From Thauera sp. (GTDB lineage Bacteria; Pseudomonadota; Gammaproteobacteria; Burkholderiales; Rhodocyclaceae): a DNA stretch of 64,000 nucleotides. Made by a program: the position numbers and the translations under genes. The stretch is from assembly GCF_035444905.1 (NCBI RefSeq), contig NZ_DAOMPS010000014.1:4439-68438 (forward strand), given 5' to 3'. Numbering within the stretch: the first letter of the stretch is position 1; each line of letters opens with the position of its first letter. The notes under the pieces were generated by a model, which saw nothing but the letters and a program-made list of their open reading frames with translations, made no database searches and was not told the origin of the DNA. Of the stretch, positions 1-7,890 are shown in pieces.

Positions 1-1341
1 GGCGCTCGCCGGGGTCGCGTTTGCGGGCGCGGCAGCGCCGAGCAGTTGGCGGCGGTAGCGCGGCAGCGCGAAAATCAGGCAGAGCGCGGTCAGCGCATAG
101 AGGACGACCGTGCTGGCGAGCGCATAGCGCAGGGCTTCCTGGCCGAGGCTGACGGCGAAGAAGTCGCTCAGGCCGCCGACGATGATCGGGCCGAGGCCGA
201 CGCCGAACAGCGTCATGCCCATCACGAAGATGGCGTTCGCCTGAGCCTGGCGGTTGGGCGGAAAGAGGTGGCTGATGGCACCGAAGCAGGGCACTGTCCA
301 CCAGGTGGCGGCGAAGCTGAAGGCCAGATAGAACAGGTAGGCCTGCGGAACGGCCATGCTGCCGAGGTGGAAGGCGGTGCCACTGGGCCACAGGTAGAAG
401 GCGAACCCGAGCGGCACGCTGAGCAGGCAGGCGATGACCGGTACGCCGAGCTGCCAGCCCGGGTCGCGCGCCACCAGGCGGTCGGTGACGCTGCCGCAAA
501 GCAGCGTGCCCACCGTCGCCGCGATGCCGCCGCCGAGGCCGACGAGCAGGCCGGCGTGCTGCATCGACAGACCATGCGAGCGGATCAGGAAGCTCGGGTT
601 CCAGGTGCCGATCGCGTAACCCATGATCGCGGCCAGGGTGCCGGCGACGACGATCAGCAGGAAGCCAGGCATGGCGAACAGGCTCCCCAGCGTGCGCTTC
701 CAGTTCTCCTGCGCGGCGTCGGCCGCCTCGCGCGTGGTGAGCGCCGCCGGGCGCGGGGCGCGGACGGTGAGCAGGAACGACAGGCCGAGCAGCACGCCCG
801 GCGCACCGATGGCGATGAAGGCCGTGCGCCAGCCATAGGTCTGCGCGATCCAGCCGCCCAGCCCGAGACCCAGGATTGCGCCCAGGCTCGGCCCCATCAG
901 GAACACCGACAGCGCGCGCGAGCGCTGCTTGGCGGGATAGAGGTCGGATACCATCGCCACCGAAGGCGCCGTGCCGCCGGCCTCGCCCACGGCGACCCCG
1001 ATGCGGAACAGCAGCAGCATCGCAAAGCTCGTCGCCACCCCGCACAGCATGGTCATCGCGCTCCACGCGATGCAGGCGAGGGCGATCACCGGCTTGCGCC
1101 CGATGCGATCGGCGAGGCGACCGAAGGGCAGGCCGAAAACGGTGTAGAAGATCGCGAACGCGACCCCCGACAACAAGCCGATCTGGGTGTCCGAGATGCC
1201 GAATTCGAGCTTGATCGGTTCGATCAGGATCGAGATCACCAGGCGGTCGATGTAATTGAAGACGTAGATGATCGCCAGCATCGCCAGGGCGTAGTGGGAG
1301 TGCCAGGTGACGCGTTGCTCAATACCGGGGCTTGCGTTCAC
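1..1341 (-). CDS. MFS-family transporter, C-terminal end beyond the window edge
   Basis: Not in the ORF track, because no stop lies inside the window. Reverse translation from GTG 1341 (GGAGG 6 nt upstream) stays open for all 447 codons down to position 1: VNASPGIEQRVTWHSHYALAMLAIIYVFNYIDR... It has the MFS loop motif LADRIGRKPVI and many hydrophobic segments. The + strand ORF 46..1368 is its Arg/Ala/Gly-rich shadow. Confidence 0.8.
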   Translation of the reverse strand, partial: MNASPGIEQRVTWHSHYALAMLAIIYVFNYIDRLVISILIEPIKLEFGISDTQIGLLSGVAFAIFYTVFGLPFGRLADRIGRKPVIALACIAWSAMTMLCGVATSFAMLLLFRIGVAVGEAGGTAPSVAMVSDLYPAKQRSRALSVFLMGPSLGAILGLGLGGWIAQTYGWRTAFIAIGAPGVLLGLSFLLTVRAPRPAALTTREAADAAQENWKRTLGSLFAMPGFLLIVVAGTLAAIMGYAIGTWNPSFLIRSHGLSMQHAGLLVGLGGGIAATVGTLLCGSVTDRLVARDPGWQLGVPVIACLLSVPLGFAFYLWPSGTAFHLGSMAVPQAYLFYLAFSFAATWWTVPCFGAISHLFPPNRQAQANAIFVMGMTLFGVGLGPIIVGGLSDFFAVSLGQEALRYALASTVVLYALTALCLIFALPRYRRQLLGAAAPANATPASA

Positions 1342-1494
1342 AGCCTGCCTCCATGCGGGGGTCGATGAATGGCGGACGCGGATCCGCCGACGTTGTGCCG
1401 CTATCGTCCGGCGCGCCCGCGGCGGCGGCATCGTCCATTCAGACGAAAGGCCCACCGCCGTCCGCCTCTTCCCGCCTGTGCAATGTCGTCCTCA

Positions 1495-1514
1495 TTAGTC
1501 TTAGTGGACGATGT
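1495..1514. promoter_or_regulatory. Copy of recurring motif TTAGTC-N5-GGACGATGT (core TAGTC-N6-GACGA), candidate operator
   Basis: TTAGTCttagtGGACGATGT lies 100 bp upstream of ATG 1614 in the MFS/SDR divergent region. An extra TCGTC half-site is at 1486..1490. The same architecture occurs at 4958, 5467, 9519 and 51690. Confidence 0.5.
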
Positions 1515-1613
1515 CCGCCTGTTCCATCCCGACAAAACTGCGCTCCATCGACTCGAGCGACGACTGCAACCGTGGTCGCCGACGCCCAAACGAGACAAGG
1601 AAGGAGACGACGG

Positions 1614-2348
1614 ATGAGCTTTGCAGACAAGGTGGTGTTCGTGACCGGTGCCGGTCAGGGCATGGGGCGCGCGATTGTGCGCCACTTCGGTGCGGCCGGT
1701 GCGCGCGTGGTGGCGGCCGATATCAACGCCGACGCGGCGTCTGCCGCGGTGGCCGAGCTGGGCGCAAAGGGCCTGGCGCTGGCCTGCAACGTGGCCGATC
1801 CGGCCTCGGTGAAATCGGCTTTCGAGGCCGTCGCCGAGCGTTTCGGCCGGCTCGACGTGCTCATCAACAGCGCCGGCATCGGCTCGGTCGATGCCTTCCT
1901 CGATACCCCCGACGACAACTGGCTGCGCGTCATCGGCGTGAACCTCACCGGCACCTTCCTGTGCTGCCGCGAGGGCGCACGCCTGATGCAGAAGAGCGGC
2001 GCCAAGGGCGCCATCATCAACGTCTCCAGCACCGCCGCGATGTCGGGCGAGGGCCCCAGCCACTACTGCGCCTCCAAGGCCGGCGTGATGGGTCTCACGC
2101 GCAGCATCGCGCGCGAGCTCGCCGCCAGCGGCATCCGCGTGAACACCATCGTCCCGGGGCCGACCAACACCCCGATGATGGCCGGCATCCCCGACGAGTG
2201 GATGCAGTCGATGATCAAGGCCATCCCGCTCGGCCGCATGTGCGAGCCCGAGGAGATCGCGCGCGTCGCCGGCTTCCTCGCCAGCGACGACGCCAGCTTC
2301 ATCACCGGGCAGAACATCGCCGTCAACGGCGGCATGGCCTTCATCTGA
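1614..2348 (+). CDS. Short-chain dehydrogenase/reductase (SDR)
   Basis: Track ORF 1332..2348 trimmed to ATG 1614, which is preceded by aaggagacgacgg. It has VTGAGQGMGRA (TGxxxGxG), NSAG and catalytic YCASKAG. Confidence 0.9.
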   Translation: MSFADKVVFVTGAGQGMGRAIVRHFGAAGARVVAADINADAASAAVAELGAKGLALACNVADPASVKSAFEAVAERFGRLDVLINSAGIGSVDAFLDTPDDNWLRVIGVNLTGTFLCCREGARLMQKSGAKGAIINVSSTAAMSGEGPSHYCASKAGVMGLTRSIARELAASGIRVNTIVPGPTNTPMMAGIPDEWMQSMIKAIPLGRMCEPEEIARVAGFLASDDASFITGQNIAVNGGMAFI

Positions 2349-2359
2349 GCGGCGCCGGC

Positions 2360-3001
2360 ATGACGACCTCCGCACCGCAGGCCGACCTGCTCGCCCGCAT
2401 CGACCGTCTCGAGTCGACCGAGGCCATCCGCCAGCTGGTGGCCCGGTATGCGCTGTCGCTCGACATGCGCGACCTCGACGCCCATGTGAACCTGTTCGCG
2501 CCCGACATCCGCGTCGGCCGCGAGAAGGTGGGCCGCGCCCATCTCAAGGCCTGGGTCGACGACACCCTGCGCAACCAGTTCTCCGGCACCTCGCACCACC
2601 TGGGCCAGCACGTCATCGAGTTCACCGACCCCGACCATGCCGTCGGCGTCGTGTACTCGAAGAACGAGCACGAGACCGGCCCGGAATGGGTGATCATGCA
2701 GATGTTGTATTGGGACGATTACGAGAGAATCGACGGGCAGTGGTATTTCCGCCGCCGCCTGCCGTGCTACTGGTATGCGACCGACCTGAACAAGCCGCCG
2801 ATCGGCGATCGCAAGATGCGCTGGCCGGGGCGTGAACCCTACGAGGGCAGCTTCCACGACCTGTTCCCGTCGTGGCGCGCGTTCTGGGCCGAACGTCCCG
2901 CCAAGGACCAGCTGCCCGAAGTGGCGGAACCCGCCGCGCTGGACCGCTTCCTCGCCACGCTGCGCCGTGGCGCTCCCGATCCCCGCATCCGCGTGCGCTG
3001 A
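2360..3001 (+). CDS. SnoaL/NTF2-like fold protein
   Basis: In-frame tail of track ORF 1511..3001 starting at ATG 2360, 12 nt after the SDR stop. The N-terminus RIDRLESTEAIRQLVARYALSLDMRDLD resembles SnoaL_4-type NTF2 domains. Confidence 0.7.
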   Translation: MTTSAPQADLLARIDRLESTEAIRQLVARYALSLDMRDLDAHVNLFAPDIRVGREKVGRAHLKAWVDDTLRNQFSGTSHHLGQHVIEFTDPDHAVGVVYSKNEHETGPEWVIMQMLYWDDYERIDGQWYFRRRLPCYWYATDLNKPPIGDRKMRWPGREPYEGSFHDLFPSWRAFWAERPAKDQLPEVAEPAALDRFLATLRRGAPDPRIRVR

Positions 3002-3056
3002 CGCGCGCGGTCGCTCTCCGAACAGCAACGCTCGAACACAACATGGAGAAGGGCGC

Positions 3057-4904
3057 ATGTCCGATTCTGCCGTCGTTATGAATCCGCCCGCGGCCCGCAG
3101 CAAGGTGGTCCCGCGCGAAGAAACCCAGGCCAAGCTCGACGCGCGCTCGCGCGCGGCCAATCTGATCAAGCCGGCCGACCGCTACACCGTGGCCGACCGC
3201 CTCGAGGAGCAGGCCGCGCGCTTCGGCGAGCGCGACTTCCTGATCTACGGCGGGCGCCGCTTCAGCTATGCCGAGGTGGACGCACGCGCCAACCAGGTCG
3301 CCCATGCCCTGCATGCGCGCGGCCTGCGCTGCGGCGACGTGTGCGCGCTGGCGATGGAGAACCGGCCCGAGTTCTTCTTCTACTGGTTCGGTCTCGCCAA
3401 GCTGGGCGTGGTGGTCGCGGTCATCAACACCCAGGTCAGCGGCCGTCCGCTCGCTCACGCGCTGGAGTCGACGCACGCCCGCGCCGTCGTGCTCGGCGAG
3501 GAGTGCCTCGAGAACTTCGCGCTCACGCCCGAGCGTCCCGCGCAGCCCCTGTACCTCGTCGCCGACCCCGAGAAGCCCGCCACCGCCGAGCATCGCGCGC
3601 TGGCGAGTGCCGATCTGAGCGCCGAGGTCGAGGCCGCCGCGCGCAGCCCCTTCCCGCGCGAAGGCCGTGCCGAGGTGCGCGCCGAGGAGTCGATGCTGCT
3701 GATCTTCACCTCGGGCACCACCGGCCTGCCCAAGGCGGCGCGCTACAGCCACATGCGCTGGATGTCCTCGGGCGACGTCATGCAGGTGACCCTCGAGGTG
3801 ACGCCCGATGACGTCTTCTACTGCTGCCTGCCGCTGTACCACGGCGCGGCGGCGACCTCGGTGACCTCCACCGCGCTGAAGTCGGGCAGCAGCATCGTGG
3901 TGCGGCGCAAGTTCAGCACGCGCGAGTTCTGGACCGACGTGCGCGCCAACGGCATCACCATCTTCCAGTACATCGGCGAGATCTGCCGCTACCTGCTCAA
4001 CGCGCCCGCCCAGGCCAACGACCGCGACCACAGCCTGCGCGCCATGCTCGGCGCCGGCCTCACCGCGGAGACCTGGACGCGCTGGCTCGATCGCTTCGGC
4101 CCGATCCAGATCTTCGAGGGCTGGGGTTCGACCGAGGCCAACACGGCGGTGATCAACGTCGACAACCACGTCGGCTCCTGCGGTCGCATCCCCGACTGGA
4201 ACAAGACCAACTTCCGCCTGGTGCGCTACGACGTCGAGACCGAATCGCATCCGCGCGACGAGAACGGGCACTACATCCTGTGCCAGCCGGGCGAGGTCGG
4301 CGAAGGCATCGCCTTCATCGTCAATCATCCCGAGATCGGCGGCGGGCGCTTCGAGGGCTACACCTCCGAAGAAGCCACCGAGAAGAAGATCGTGCGCAAC
4401 GTCTTCACCGAAGGCGATGCGTACTGGAGTTCAGGCGACCTACTGCGCTACGACGAGGACGGCTACTTCTACTTCGTCGACCGCATCGGCGACACCTTCC
4501 GCTGGAAGAGCGAGAACGTCTCCACCGCCGAGGTCGCCGATGCCTTGTCGGACTGCGCCGGCGTGGAGCTGATCAACATCTACGGGGTGAAGGTGCCCGG
4601 CCACGAGGGGCGTGCGGGCATGGCGGCCATCGTGATGCAGCCTGGCCACGCCTTCGATCCGAAGGCCTTCTACGCGCTCACCGAGGCCCGCCTGCCGCGC
4701 TATGCGGCGCCGCAGTTCGTGCGCGTATCGAGCGCCGCCGACCTCACCACCACCTACAAGCTGCGCAAGGTGGACCTGCAGCGGCAGGGCTACGACGACA
4801 AGGCCTTCGACGACCCGCTGTACGTGCGCGACGAGGCGGGCGCCACCTACGTGCCGTACTCGGCCGAGGCGCTCGCACGTGCGGGCCTGCCCCCGTTCGC
4901 CTGA
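3057..4904 (+). CDS. FATP/very-long-chain-type acyl-CoA synthetase
   Basis: Track ORF 2832..4904 trimmed to ATG 3057 (ggagaagggcgc upstream). It has the AMP-binding motif LLIFTSGTTGLPKAARYSH and the FATP-like stretch YWSSGDLLRYDEDGYFYFVDRIGDTFRWKSENV. Confidence 0.9.
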   Translation: MSDSAVVMNPPAARSKVVPREETQAKLDARSRAANLIKPADRYTVADRLEEQAARFGERDFLIYGGRRFSYAEVDARANQVAHALHARGLRCGDVCALAMENRPEFFFYWFGLAKLGVVVAVINTQVSGRPLAHALESTHARAVVLGEECLENFALTPERPAQPLYLVADPEKPATAEHRALASADLSAEVEAAARSPFPREGRAEVRAEESMLLIFTSGTTGLPKAARYSHMRWMSSGDVMQVTLEVTPDDVFYCCLPLYHGAAATSVTSTALKSGSSIVVRRKFSTREFWTDVRANGITIFQYIGEICRYLLNAPAQANDRDHSLRAMLGAGLTAETWTRWLDRFGPIQIFEGWGSTEANTAVINVDNHVGSCGRIPDWNKTNFRLVRYDVETESHPRDENGHYILCQPGEVGEGIAFIVNHPEIGGGRFEGYTSEEATEKKIVRNVFTEGDAYWSSGDLLRYDEDGYFYFVDRIGDTFRWKSENVSTAEVADALSDCAGVELINIYGVKVPGHEGRAGMAAIVMQPGHAFDPKAFYALTEARLPRYAAPQFVRVSSAADLTTTYKLRKVDLQRQGYDDKAFDDPLYVRDEAGATYVPYSAEALARAGLPPFA

Positions 4905-4926
4905 GGCGGGGCGGCAAACGATCGAT

Positions 4927-4954
4927 CGGCGCTCTTCGGAGCGCCGTTTTTTTT
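4927..4954 (+). terminator. Rho-independent terminator
   Basis: CGGCGCTC-TTCG-GAGCGCCG forms an 8-bp GC stem with a tetraloop, followed by T8. It starts 23 nt after stop 4904. Confidence 0.85.
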
Positions 4955-4957
4955 GAT

Positions 4958-4977
4958 TTAGTCCATTCGGACGATGT
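4958..4977. promoter_or_regulatory. Copy of recurring motif TTAGTC-N5-GGACGATGT
   Basis: TTAGTCcattcGGACGATGT lies immediately after the terminator and 143 bp upstream of ATG 5120. Confidence 0.5.
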
Positions 4978-5119
4978 CGCGCTTGCGCGCCTTCGACAAT
5001 CTACACACCGTGCAGGAGGAGACACCTGGGCGGCAGTCGCAGCGAAGCGGCGTCGCATCACGTTCCTGCAGGCGGCGTGCAGCGCGCACGCAAAACTGTA
5101 GCGCACGAAGGAGAAGCAC

Positions 5120-5323
5120 ATGATTACCAAGGCCCTGTTGTGCGGGTGCGTGTTTGGATGCCTCGCGGCCTTTGCGGCAATGCTCGATCGTGGCCATGCC
5201 CGGGTGCTCGACTCCCTGGTCCAGATCCCGGCCTGCGGCGCCAGCGAGACCGAGTGCCACACCACGGGTTCGCCCGCGAACGCCTCGACCGGCCGCTTCT
5301 TTGCGATGCTGGCGACGCACTGA
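5120..5323 (+). CDS. Hypothetical small Cys-containing protein with hydrophobic N-terminus (67 aa)
   Basis: Strong RBS gaaggagaagcac directly before the ATG. Third-codon positions are mostly G/C. The N-terminus MITKALLCGCVFGCLAAFAAML looks signal-like. Two hairpins follow. No family recognised. Confidence 0.35.
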   Translation: MITKALLCGCVFGCLAAFAAMLDRGHARVLDSLVQIPACGASETECHTTGSPANASTGRFFAMLATH

Positions 5324-5333
5324 AACATGCTCC

Positions 5334-5397
5334 GCGACCGCCGCTGCGGTCGCAACGAACGACGTGGCCCTGCCTTCGGAATCCGGAGGCAGGGCCA
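5334..5397 (+). terminator. Two tandem hairpins after the small ORF (possible terminator)
   Basis: GCGACCGC-cgct-GCGGTCGC at 5334..5353. A long hairpin TGGCCCTGCC...GGCAGGGCCA at 5365..5397 is followed by TGTTG, which is only a weak U-tract. Confidence 0.4.
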
Positions 5398-5466
5398 TGT
5401 TGCATGGGGGCGCCCGATCCTGCGCCGGCAGCTGCGCACCATGACCTAGGGTCTCCCCCGCTTCGC

Positions 5467-5486
5467 CTAGTCGATTTGAACGATTG
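5467..5486. promoter_or_regulatory. Copy of recurring motif (CTAGTC-N5-GAACGATTG)
   Basis: CTAGTCgatttGAACGATTG lies 75 bp upstream of ATG 5561, with the same spacing as the other copies. Confidence 0.45.
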
Positions 5487-5560
5487 CCGGCCGCAGCGCC
5501 TGTGGCATCGTTGAGCGCACTACAGAGCGGGCGGTGCCCGCATCAGCGAGGTGAGGGAGC

Positions 5561-6772
5561 ATGGGTCTCAAAGGAAACGCAGCAATTGTCGGCGCCGCGC
5601 AGTACCGGCCGGAGAAGTACGCGATCGCGCCACGGATGTTCCATCTCGAGCAGGTGGCCGACCTGGCCGGCCTTGCCCTGGCGGACGCCGGGCTCAAGGC
5701 CAGCGACATCGACGGCCTGGTGATCCACGGCCCGCAGTTCCACGAAGCGCAGGTCTTCGTGCCGGCGATGGCGGCGGAGTATCTCGGCCTGTCGCTCAAC
5801 TTCGCCGAAGTCGTCGACCTGGGCGGCTGCTCGTCGGTGGCGGCGGTGTGGCGCGCGGCGATGGCGGTCGAGATGGGCCTGTGCCAGGCCGTGCTGTGCG
5901 TGATTCCCGCGCGCATGGCGCCCTTCGGGCCGGACGAGGACCCGAGCTGGATGGCGCGGGCGATGCGCTTCGGTGGCCACAGCACCGCCTTCGGCGCCCC
6001 CGAGGCCGAGTTCGACCTGCCCTACGGTCACATGGGCCAGAACACCGGCTACGCGATGATCGCCCAGCGTTACGCGGCCAAGTACGGCTACGACCCGGTG
6101 GCGATGGCCAAGATCGCGGTCGACCAGCGCACCAACGCGCTCGCCAACCCGGACGCCAGCTTCTTCGGCAAGCTGCTCTCCATCGAGGACGTGCTCGCCA
6201 GCAAGATGGTCGCCGAGCCGCTGCGCGTGCTCGAGATCGTGATGCCGGTCGCTGGCGGTGCCGCCGTGATCGTGGCCTCCAAGGAAGTGGCGGCGCGGGC
6301 GAAGAACCGCGGCGCCTGCATCACCGGCTTCGGCGAGCACCTGTACTTCAAGTCGCCGACCTACGCGACCGAGATGACCGACACCCCGATCGGCCCTGCG
6401 GCCGAGCGCGCCTTCGCGATGGCGGGCATCCAGCGCAGCGACATCCACGCCGCGCAGCTCTACGACTGCTACACCATCACCGTGCTGCTGACGCTGGAAG
6501 ATGCCGGCTTCGCGCCCAAGGGCGAGGGTATGCGCTGGGTGCGCGAGCACGACCTGACCTACAAGGGCAACTTCCCGATGAACACCCACGGCGGGCAGCT
6601 GAGCTTCGGCCAGAGCGGCACCGCGGGCGGCATGTCGCAGGTCATCGAGGCCTTCCACCAGATTTCCGGCCGCGCCGGCGAGCGCCAGCTCAAGCGCTGC
6701 GACACCGTGTTCGTCTCGGGCACCGGTGGCGTGATGAGCGAGCAGGGCGCACTGATTCTCCAGGGAGCATGA
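5561..6772 (+). CDS. Thiolase-fold protein of the SCP-x/lipid-transfer (Ltp/BbsB-like) type
   Basis: 403-aa ORF. It has a thiolase-like fold (MNTHGGQLSFGQ, VSGTGGVMSEQG) but not the classical thiolase N-terminus. Its stop overlaps the next start (ATGA), and the next gene is a DUF35 partner. Confidence 0.88.
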   Translation: MGLKGNAAIVGAAQYRPEKYAIAPRMFHLEQVADLAGLALADAGLKASDIDGLVIHGPQFHEAQVFVPAMAAEYLGLSLNFAEVVDLGGCSSVAAVWRAAMAVEMGLCQAVLCVIPARMAPFGPDEDPSWMARAMRFGGHSTAFGAPEAEFDLPYGHMGQNTGYAMIAQRYAAKYGYDPVAMAKIAVDQRTNALANPDASFFGKLLSIEDVLASKMVAEPLRVLEIVMPVAGGAAVIVASKEVAARAKNRGACITGFGEHLYFKSPTYATEMTDTPIGPAAERAFAMAGIQRSDIHAAQLYDCYTITVLLTLEDAGFAPKGEGMRWVREHDLTYKGNFPMNTHGGQLSFGQSGTAGGMSQVIEAFHQISGRAGERQLKRCDTVFVSGTGGVMSEQGALILQGA

Positions 6773-7737
6773 CGAGCATGTCGACCAACAAACCCCTGCC
6801 GACGGCCACCGAGATCTCGGCACCGTTCTGGAACGGCCTCAAGGCAGGCCGCCTCACGATCCCGCAATGCAAGTCCTGCGGTCACTGGGTCTTCTTCCCC
6901 CGCCGCCATTGCGACAAGTGCTGGTCGCAGGACCTGGCGTGGAAGGAGGTCAAGGGTACGGGCACGCTCTACACCTATACGCTGACCCGCGTCCCGACAC
7001 TGCCCGACTTCGCCGACGAGATGCCGCAGAAGATGGCGGTGGTCGAGCTCGACGAAGGCGTGCGCATCAATACCACGCTGATCGGCGTGGATGAATCCGA
7101 GGTCAAGGTCGGCATGCGGGTCAAGCCTGTGTTCGACACGGTGAAATCCGATGGCACCGCGCTGCTGCGCTTCACCGCGGCGGACAAGGATCTCCCGTCC
7201 CGCATCGACAGCACGCCGACCGCGCTCGCCGCGGCCGCCGAGGCCCAGGCCAGCGCCGAGCCGGAGGCCGCGAAGCGCCAGGTGCGTTTCGACGACGAAG
7301 CGGCTATGAAGGCGCTGGTCAGCGAGACCTACTCGGCCTGGAGCAACCAGGTCGTGGTCGATCAGGCGCTGATCGACGAGTTCGCCAGGCTGTCGGGCGA
7401 CGACTACTGGATCCACACCGATCCCGAGCGCGCGCGCAAGCAGAGCCCCTTCGGCGGCACCATCGCCCACGGCGCGCTGGTGCAGGTGCTGCAGTCGCGC
7501 CTGCGCATCCCGCTCGACTTCGAGGTGGTCGGCTTCAACAACATGGTCAATTACGGCTCGAACCGCCTGCGCTTCCCGGCGCCGGTGCCGGCAGGATCGC
7601 GCATCCACGCGCGCTCGCGGGTCAAGTCGGTGGAGAAGCTGCCCAAGGGCATGCAGATGACGATGGAGATCGTGACCCATATCGTCGGCAGCGAGCGGCC
7701 GTCCGTCATCAACGATCTCGTGATCCTTTACATGTGA
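6769..7737 (+). CDS. DUF35 (Zn-ribbon/OB-fold) fused to a MaoC-like hot-dog hydratase domain
   Basis: Tail of track ORF 5551..7737. The N-terminal part has CKSCGHWVFFPRRHCDKC followed by an OB region. An Ala/Glu-rich linker follows. The C-terminal part has DDYWIHTDPERARKQSPFGGTIAHG and RLRFPAPVPAGSRI, paralogous to the MaoC gene at 31770. ATG 6778 is an alternative start. Confidence 0.85.
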   Translation: MTSMSTNKPLPTATEISAPFWNGLKAGRLTIPQCKSCGHWVFFPRRHCDKCWSQDLAWKEVKGTGTLYTYTLTRVPTLPDFADEMPQKMAVVELDEGVRINTTLIGVDESEVKVGMRVKPVFDTVKSDGTALLRFTAADKDLPSRIDSTPTALAAAAEAQASAEPEAAKRQVRFDDEAAMKALVSETYSAWSNQVVVDQALIDEFARLSGDDYWIHTDPERARKQSPFGGTIAHGALVQVLQSRLRIPLDFEVVGFNNMVNYGSNRLRFPAPVPAGSRIHARSRVKSVEKLPKGMQMTMEIVTHIVGSERPSVINDLVILYM

Positions 7738-7834
7738 GGCGCCGCCGTCCCGCGGTGCTCGATGTGCAGTTGTTCCTGTAGTGCGCAGTCGTAGTACCTG
7801 CAGTTTCGTTGCATGGTTGTCCTCCTCTCTTCCA

Positions 7835-7870
7835 GGCCGCCTCCCCGCAAGGGTTGGTGGCCGTTTTTTT
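7835..7870 (+). terminator. Rho-independent terminator
   Basis: GGCCGCCTCCCC-gcaa-GGGTTGGTGGCC hairpin followed by G+T7, about 100 nt after stop 7737. Confidence 0.75.
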
Positions 7871-7890
7871 GCTGCCTCGGCAGGAGAGGG

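Noticed and set aside
46-1368. 440-aa + strand ORF covering the first 1.3 kb
   Set aside because: Its composition is extremely Arg/Ala/Gly/Glu/Asp-rich and it has no recognisable domain. It is the antisense shadow of a well-formed MFS transporter frame on the minus strand.
2694-4328. Long antisense or alternative-frame ORFs throughout the window (e.g. 2694..4328 -, 5543..6823 -, 13093..15117 -, 27032..29110 +, 37627..40206 +, 47231..49456 +, 57589..60399 +, 61934..63907 +)
   Set aside because: These are typical high-GC shadow ORFs. They are low-complexity, rich in R, A, G, P, H and D, and have no motifs. Each fully overlaps a motif-rich gene on the other strand or frame.
5501-5518. Possible sigma-54 promoter (TGGCATcgttgaGC) upstream of the thiolase-like gene
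   Set aside because: The GG-to-GC spacing is 9 nt instead of 10. The -12 element reads TTGA/AGC shifted by 1-2 nt relative to TGGCAC-N5-TTGC. No sigma-54 activator gene is nearby.
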